Positions 58,434 through 64,000 of a stretch of 64,000 nucleotides of DNA are shown here, one piece after another. Under the pieces are notes generated by a model. That model made no database searches. It saw only the letters and a program-made list of their open reading frames with translations, and had not been told where the DNA came from. A program made the position numbers and the translations under genes. How positions within the stretch are numbered: the stretch's first letter is position 1; each line of letters starts with the position of its first letter. Source of the DNA: Escherichia phage LorandFenyves_Bas91; sequence record PQ850614.1, one strand, 5' to 3'.

Positions 58434-58462
58434 ATTATGAATCATGTTGTTTTCGCTGTCAA
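58434..58462 (-). promoter_or_regulatory. sigma70-type promoter (TTGACA-N17-CATAAT) with A-tract UP element
   Basis: Minus strand reads AAAAAAGTGG-TTGACA-GCGAAAACAACATGATT-CATAAT-GAGCA. Confidence 0.6.
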
Positions 58463-58919
58463 CCACTTTTTTAATCTTTTTCGTCGTTCCCGCTATTGGG
58501 AGGATATATCAATCAGCTTTATTTGATTGAAGACTAAGCGGTGATGCTTATCTTATGATTCATATTGTTAAAGAGCGGTTACTACATTTACAGCTTAACA
58601 CATCGTGTTAGCTTGTCAACTCTTTTTATCATCTTCTTTTAATTCCTTTCCCTTGTCTCGCGTGAATCTATGCGAAAGGGCAAGATGATAAGTCTGATTT
58701 GTCTTTTAGGAATCTAGTGCGCTTTCAAGCATTGACCATTTGAAAGTATCGAACAAATGAGGCTTATTTTGTTGCTCATCGTCCGCCTGTTCACGTATGA
58801 ATCAGGAATCAATTCTAGTGGTCAACTAAGCGCCTTATAGTAATGACGTTCCCGCCACCTGTAAGACAAATCATATTTTTAAAGAGCTGGATGTTTCACG
58901 TCATCGCTGACTTATGCTC

Positions 58920-58948
58920 ATTATGTATCAGGCTTTTTCTAGTGTCAA
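58920..58948 (-). promoter_or_regulatory. sigma70-type promoter (TTGACA-N17-CATAAT) with A-tract UP element
   Basis: Minus strand reads TTGAAAAAGAGTA-TTGACA-CTAGAAAAAGCCTGATA-CATAAT-GAGCA. Confidence 0.6.
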
Positions 58949-59045
58949 TACTCTTTTTCAAGTATTTTCACTTTCTAGCCTGATTTTTAAAGAGCGGGGC
59001 AATTTCTTGCCTTGTATGTTTTACATCGTACCCGATGAAATGAAG

Positions 59046-59054
59046 TATACATTA
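59046..59054 (-). promoter_or_regulatory. TAATGTATA motif at the upstream edge of the ORF-free region
   Basis: Exact 9-mer on the minus strand. Confidence 0.4.
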
Positions 59055-59227
59055 ATCAGATGAGGTTGCAATAGGGTAAAGCAAATTATTTTAAACTTTT
59101 TTTGAAAGGTGGGAAGTATAAGAGAATGCGCGCGGGATAACATACGCAAAACAGGCTGTAAATCACTTTCTAACGTCCTGTAAGCCATTCTAACGAGCTA
59201 AAAGGGAGTAAGGTATACAATCACCTT

Positions 59228-59257
59228 AGAAAAGAAAAAAGCCTCATAGTGAGGCTT
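59228..59257 (-). terminator. intrinsic terminator
   Basis: AAGCCTC-ATAGT-GAGGCTT hairpin followed on the minus strand by TTTTTTCTTTTC. Confidence 0.6.
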
Positions 59258-59333
59258 ATAGGAAGGATTTAAAGCATCAGATAAATTATGACCATAGGCA
59301 TGACTACGGCACAATAAAGAAGAAAGATTAAGC

Positions 59334-59699
59334 CTATGGATTTACACATTGACCGTTACCGGATGCCATTTCATTCATGGACTCATCAAAGAGCGTCAAC
59401 GATGAGCGCATCAAGTGATCCACCGTAATTTGTTTACCGGTAGTTTCATTTACCAGTTGAATAGTTTTAGCGTATGATTGTACATGTTCAAAATCATCAA
59501 CATGCAAAATAATAACTTTAGGTGACTGTTTACCAGTTTCATAGTTTTCTATCAAATAGGTGCACTGTAAACCGTCAACCATATCAGGGGAGAATGTTGC
59601 AGCCTTTACACTACCCATAGCCGATAGCAGGACACCTAACAGGAGAACAACCAGAAAGAAGCCTACAACCGTTTTAACGACGAATTTAATAAACCACAT
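59334..59699 (-). CDS. membrane-anchored/secreted protein
   Basis: N-terminal hydrophobic anchor FFLVVLLLGVLLSAMG. Confidence 0.45.
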   Translation of the reverse strand: MWFIKFVVKTVVGFFLVVLLLGVLLSAMGSVKAATFSPDMVDGLQCTYLIENYETGKQSPKVIILHVDDFEHVQSYAKTIQLVNETTGKQITVDHLMRSSLTLFDESMNEMASGNGQCVNP

Positions 59700-59794
59700 A
59701 GCAATAAACCTTTAGTTAGAAAACGTAAGAATACATCATATCAGTAATGAACAGCAGGAAGGTCGCACCAAACAAGCAACGCCAAAAATAATCA

Positions 59795-60073
59795 CTATTC
59801 ATCGTTGCTATTCTCGCCAAAAAATGCTACGCTAATCTGTTCCACTTCTTCCAGCGACAGGAGAATCCCGCGTTGGGCTAAATACTTCCCAACAGTTAGA
59901 TAATCTTGCACTAAGCAGACAATAGGAAAGCGGATAGTTTGTATCTCACCTTTGGAAAGAAAAGACAAATAACCAACGTCGGTTGATTCATCAAAGGATA
60001 GTGTAACGCCACCGTAATTATGCGTAGCAATTAACGCAATAGTTTCATTTCCCATAACGTTTCCAATCCTCAT
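59795..60073 (-). CDS. hypothetical small protein
   Basis: 92-aa ORF. Confidence 0.4.
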   Translation of the reverse strand: MRIGNVMGNETIALIATHNYGGVTLSFDESTDVGYLSFLSKGEIQTIRFPIVCLVQDYLTVGKYLAQRGILLSLEEVEQISVAFFGENSNDE

Positions 60074-60275
60074 AATGATTAACTAGTGCCTGATAATCGT
60101 CAGATGATAACTCACCGCCTAAATAGGCAACGGTTATGCGTGCTTTGTATTCTGACAAACTGCATAGCGCGGGAGCGGATAACCTGCTTTCGCCATAACA
60201 TCCTAGCACTTCAACGATACAACCGTTTAAAGATACTGATTTATTAATCACGATATGGTTAGCCATTAATATCAT
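60045..60275 (-). CDS. hypothetical small protein
   Basis: 76-aa ORF overlapping neighbours by short junctions. Confidence 0.4.
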   Translation of the reverse strand: MILMANHIVINKSVSLNGCIVEVLGCYGESRLSAPALCSLSEYKARITVAYLGGELSSDDYQALVNHYEDWKRYGK

Positions 60276-60522
60276 CCTTAATTAGCCCATGATTGAGCAG
60301 GTTAGCCAGTGATAAGCCACCGTCAAAATAAACAGAACGAAAATCAGCGCGGGTAATTTCAAGGCCAGCAAACTTCAACCAGTTTTTAGCTGATTGAAAA
60401 TCCATTTTGCAAAAAGTAATAATAGGAACAGTAAGCTGACCATCGAGCGTATTAAACATAATAGCGGTATCGCCAATAAAACAAGAAAAGCCACTAGATA
60501 ATCTAATTTCTTTAATAGCCAT
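60259..60522 (-). CDS. hypothetical small protein
   Basis: 87-aa ORF. Confidence 0.4.
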   Translation of the reverse strand: MAIKEIRLSSGFSCFIGDTAIMFNTLDGQLTVPIITFCKMDFQSAKNWLKFAGLEITRADFRSVYFDGGLSLANLLNHGLIKDDING

Positions 60523-60558
60523 TATTTATACTCCCAAAAGATTGGCAAATTAATTTAT

Positions 60559-61431
60559 TCACTTACTAGCCTTAATACAGTTGGCTAAATTAACGTGAAC
60601 GGTATAAACAGCGTTATCAGCGTTATTGTAAACAGTCGTGGCGATCATCGACTCATTGATCGGGCCATAGCTAACAAGGTTAGTAACGGCTTTAACGTCT
60701 TCATAACGTTGTACAGTGCCGAAAGTCACCATATCCGCATCGTTATCAGTACGCTTAAGCACTAAATCACTGTTAGGCTGATTATCTAACGTTTTAGATT
60801 GAAAGAGAACGCCATCATTAGTAACGTTGCTAAATTTCATCTTTAGCACGATATTATTGCCGTCACTATCCGCACCGTTGCAAATCATCCAACCCTTATT
60901 GATGGAACTAGAGAAGACACTAGCGGCATCAGTTGCAGGAGCAGGACTAGCGATAGCCTTATCAGAAAGAGATGTGACCAGTGCACTAACACCAATAGCT
61001 GCAACCAGTGCATAACTTGCCAGATTAACAGACTTCATAATCTTACTTGCAACAGTAGGCTTGATTGGCTGTTTCTTGTTTTTCTTATTCCATGCTTCAA
61101 CCATGACAGACAAGCGGGATAATTCAGCTTTCACATCGCGGCATGACTCAGGCCAATCCTTCTGATTCCAGCTATCTAAATTTGCTTGAATGTAGCAATT
61201 AATAGCGTCCTGCATATCGGTAAAACCGTTCTCTTTGAACGTGCTTTCATCTTCACACTGTAAAGCGTTCGCAGTAGAGTTAATGATCAAGCAAGCCAGC
61301 ATTACAGAGTTTTTGAATCCTTTACGTGCACTTTCGTTTTCCATCCACGCATCAGGACTACCAACGGTTAAGCCTAAAGAGGAAAGGCTTTCGTTTGCTT
61401 TGTTCAAGTGGTTAATTGCTACTTTAGACAT
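60559..61431 (-). CDS. bitopic membrane protein (cytoplasmic N-domain, one TMD, periplasmic C-domain); first early gene
   Basis: AAGGAA RBS; TMD SYALVAAIGVSALVTSL; sigma70-type promoter ~40 nt upstream. Confidence 0.5.
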   Translation of the reverse strand: MSKVAINHLNKANESLSSLGLTVGSPDAWMENESARKGFKNSVMLACLIINSTANALQCEDESTFKENGFTDMQDAINCYIQANLDSWNQKDWPESCRDVKAELSRLSVMVEAWNKKNKKQPIKPTVASKIMKSVNLASYALVAAIGVSALVTSLSDKAIASPAPATDAASVFSSSINKGWMICNGADSDGNNIVLKMKFSNVTNDGVLFQSKTLDNQPNSDLVLKRTDNDADMVTFGTVQRYEDVKAVTNLVSYGPINESMIATTVYNNADNAVYTVHVNLANCIKASK

Positions 61432-61475
61432 TTGATATTCCTTCTGGTTGATGAAAACTACAAACTACACTCGCA

Positions 61476-61503
61476 ACTATATATTAAAGGAAAAGGCTGT
61501 CAA
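61476..61503 (-). promoter_or_regulatory. sigma70-type promoter (TTGACA-N16-TATAGT)
   Basis: Minus strand reads GAAAATAAATGG-TTGACA-GCCTTTTCCTTTAATA-TATAGT; shares GGTTGACAGC with the 58462 promoter. Confidence 0.55.
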
Positions 61504-61620
61504 CCATTTATTTTCTAACTTTCTTGCATCCTACTGAAAACTAAAGGAATTTAATTTACTAAACTTTCTATACTCAGGGTATCAGCTTACTAGCTATTGT
61601 TACTTTATAACACCAATTCT

Positions 61621-62070
61621 ACGGGCAGCAGACCAACAGACCAGGACACGGGGAGCATACAACCGCAGGACAGACCACGGGGAAATATAGCAAGATAGTG
61701 CGGTAATAATATACCACTTAAATAATTGTATAACTCAAACATCAAAGACGTTCGTACTTCGTACTCACAAAGGCACGCTGAAAAAGAAAGTAATAAAAGA
61801 AACAATTAAAAGAAATACAATCATCCACTTAATTAATACATATATCATTATTGCACTCATAATCATTACTATTGAAACTATTATCAACGTAACTATGGGG
61901 AGCTGAACGGTAACAATACGGTATTATTAGACCTGTTATTATCACGCCTTAACAGACCGTTATCAGAGTATAGCCTTTCTCTCACTCTTTAAAGGGGAAC
62001 TAAATAAACGGGTAGCTAATGTATTGGGTAGTATACACGGGGAAATAATTACGGGGAGTAGGCACGGGGA
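61621..62070 (+). repeat. array of direct heptamer repeats (C/T)ACGGGGA(A/G)
   Basis: Exact ACGGGGA at ~61648, 61677, 62037, 62051, 62064 (and 62294), all same orientation, plus degenerate copies. Confidence 0.65.
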
Positions 62071-62521
62071 ACGCTGGAACGTTGAAAGGGAAGGTAAAGG
62101 CATTGCCAATAACCCTTTTTTAAATGAGGACTCCCCCTTTTTAGGAAACGCGCGGCGAGCGGCTAGCCCCATTAGGTCAAATCAGAATTTTAAACTCTTA
62201 TATATAAGGTTGAAAGAGAACTTATGTGGAAAATTAAGTTAATCATTAAGCAATTCAAATGTGATCATGAGTACTATCGGATACGCAAAGCTTACGGGGA
62301 TGAAAGAGTTCACACCCTTTATAAGTCCACTTGGAGATGTAGTAAATGTGGTAAGCTTAAACACAGCACATGGATGGATAGGCCTTAACGTGACATGGCC
62401 TTTATGGGGGTGCCTTTATGACAAGCCCTTTACTTCAGCGTACACGGGTTGTTGGTATGGGGTGGCCTTTACGGGTTAGATATGCCTAGCCCTTTATACT
62501 CTTATTCAGAGGAGAAGAATT

Positions 62522-62776
62522 ATGAATTTAGTATTAGACTTTCTATCAGAGATGGTGCCTCGGTTTAGAACGGAGACATACGCTTTCGTGGTCAATAGTG
62601 ACTCTGAAGAAGGGATGGAAGCTACATGCTTAGGTCGTCTTGTTGATTTAGATGATGAAACAGATTTCGATATTACAATTGATGTAAGTAGTTTTGGTTG
62701 GCTCTTCTTCAGAGCATTCCGCACTTACAGAAAAGAAACATACAAAGATTACAGCAAGGGAGATACAAATGAATAA
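62522..62776 (+). CDS. small acidic protein
   Basis: GGAGAAG RBS; 84 aa, D/E-rich. Confidence 0.45.
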   Translation: MNLVLDFLSEMVPRFRTETYAFVVNSDSEEGMEATCLGRLVDLDDETDFDITIDVSSFGWLFFRAFRTYRKETYKDYSKGDTNE

Positions 62777-63401
62777 TTTAATCCAAGCGATGGACCTTAA
62801 CGAGTACAATTCACAGCTATGTCGTTCTGGTTGTAGCTTACAGCATTTAGAAACTATGGGAAATGTTTCAGGATTGGCTGTACAAGATTTATATAGTGGA
62901 AGTATTCTTAAACCAACTATTACGGAGAAGAAAGATATGATGAGTTTAGTAGAACAATACCGTGGACTTCAAGTCGGTACTATTGGTGATAAATATGAGA
63001 ACTACTACAAAGATCGCTCAAAAGTACTTGAAGAAGTTGCACGGGCTAAGCCTTCTACTCTGGAGGTAGTTGAATATGAATCTACTAAACATGATCACCT
63101 CCCTGATTATGCTCGCGCAATGATTGAGATGATTGAAGAAGCTGAATATGAAATGCTCCATGATTACATTACCTCCAAAGATGAATGGCATCGTGATGTT
63201 CGAATCGAAGAAGATGGTACAGAAACAATTACGTGGATTCACAAGAGTGAGTTAGTAGACGACGCACTGCGAGACTACGAAAAATTTTTGGTCGACGGCT
63301 CTATTCTTTTAGAGGAAGAGAAGGGTGCAGAACTTCCGTGGGAAGGTGAGACGATTGCTCTAGGTAAGATGTTTAACCTGTCCGTTGGTGATTGTAAGTA
63401 A
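62769..63401 (+). CDS. hypothetical protein
   Basis: ATG at 62769 after AAGGGAG (track start 62694 overlaps the previous gene); 210 aa. Confidence 0.45.
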   Translation: MNNLIQAMDLNEYNSQLCRSGCSLQHLETMGNVSGLAVQDLYSGSILKPTITEKKDMMSLVEQYRGLQVGTIGDKYENYYKDRSKVLEEVARAKPSTLEVVEYESTKHDHLPDYARAMIEMIEEAEYEMLHDYITSKDEWHRDVRIEEDGTETITWIHKSELVDDALRDYEKFLVDGSILLEEEKGAELPWEGETIALGKMFNLSVGDCK

Positions 63402-63457
63402 TATTTGCCTCCGTTGGGAGGCTTTTTGTGTTGTTGATAATGTAGAAGGAGTATAAA

Positions 63458-63931
63458 ATGTTTGGAGAAAACGGAGAACTCACGCCTGCACAGGTAGCTG
63501 AGATTACAGGAAGATTACCCGGAGTAACGGAAGAACTCGAAAGCCGTGGTATGAACCCAAGCAATGGGAAGTTTCAAAAGGGAAATAAATTCGGACGACC
63601 CAGAGGTAGTAGAGGTAAACTGACACAATTAATGTTGGACCGTGTTGCTGCAAGTCATTTGTCTCCTGATGAAGTGTTAATTCAAATTTACGAAGATCCT
63701 AATATTCCACCTGATCTTAGATTCAAGGCTGCATCAAAAGTTGCAGATCTGGTATATCCTAAGGCGGCCTCTGTTGAAGTTAAGATTGAGGAAGAGAATG
63801 TAATCAACGAAGAATCATTGAATGCACAAATCAAGGACTTCTTGACTGGAGCACTTGGTATCGACGTTATGCCTCCAGAAGAAGACAACTCTGAGGACGC
63901 TGAAAAGGGGGAGGAAGCGGACGAGAGTTAA
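63458..63931 (+). CDS. hypothetical protein (basic N-terminus, acidic C-terminal tail)
   Basis: GAAGGAG RBS; KGNKFGRPRGSRGK then PEEDNSEDAEKGEEADES. Confidence 0.45.
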   Translation: MFGENGELTPAQVAEITGRLPGVTEELESRGMNPSNGKFQKGNKFGRPRGSRGKLTQLMLDRVAASHLSPDEVLIQIYEDPNIPPDLRFKAASKVADLVYPKAASVEVKIEEENVINEESLNAQIKDFLTGALGIDVMPPEEDNSEDAEKGEEADES

Positions 63932-64000
63932 GTAAAGGAAAGAAGGGGAGGTTCTTTGACGAAGGGACTTTCCCTTTTCTATTTTTAAACTGGAGGAAGC

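Larger units (their letters stand above)
57540..59330. other. 1.8-kb ORF-free region: early promoter/leader array with repeated motifs
   Basis: No ORF of 60 aa or more in six frames; tandem sigma70-type promoters on the minus strand; AGAGCGG copies in both orientations. Confidence 0.6.

Noticed and set aside
62261-62479. 72-aa plus-strand ORF in the ORF track
   Set aside because: It lies entirely within the GCCTTTAYGGGG/ACGGGGA repeat zone, has aberrant composition (W/G/Y/T-rich) and no convincing RBS; treated as repeat sequence.

Overview
The window reads as a near-complete tailed-phage (podovirus-like) genome segment, dense with genes and with no sign of host chromosome. Layout: a plus-strand late/virion module (170-15797: GH24 endolysin, Big_2-domain tail fibre, SLT transglycosylase virion protein, Q/N-rich internal proteins, a ~1470-aa ejection-type protein) converges at a bidirectional terminator (~15.8 kb) on a long minus-strand early/middle module (61431 down to 16157). 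The minus-strand module carries a T7-like replication set (gp4-like primase-helicase, family-A DNA polymerase with a separately encoded 3'-5' exonuclease, gp6-like 5'-3' exonuclease, SSB), nucleotide metabolism (ThyX-like, dCTP deaminase, thioredoxin, PhoH, HAD-like), a phage sigma-70-family factor, three HNH endonucleases, one tRNA-Arg(UCU), and many small ORFs in paralogous families. No single-subunit RNA polymerase and no CRISPR array were found. The most unusual content is: (i) a ~9.5-kb cluster of amide-bond-forming enzymes (GGCT-like, ATP-grasp, class-II glutamine amidotransferase apparently starting at ATT, two amidoligase-like proteins, three large unknowns); (ii) a 1.8-kb ORF-free region (57.5-59.3 kb) with tandem near-consensus sigma70 promoters and a repeated AGAGCGG motif; (iii) two pairs of conserved intergenic elements whose hairpins covary; (iv) an array of ACGGGGA heptamers at the divergent region 61.6-62.5 kb, possibly marking a genome end. 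The gene set and a recurring TAATGTATA motif match what I recall of phiEco32-like coliphages, but that is recollection, not a search result. All calls rest on motif reading by eye; coordinates of non-ORF features are approximate (+/- a few bp); many small ORFs are unassigned.
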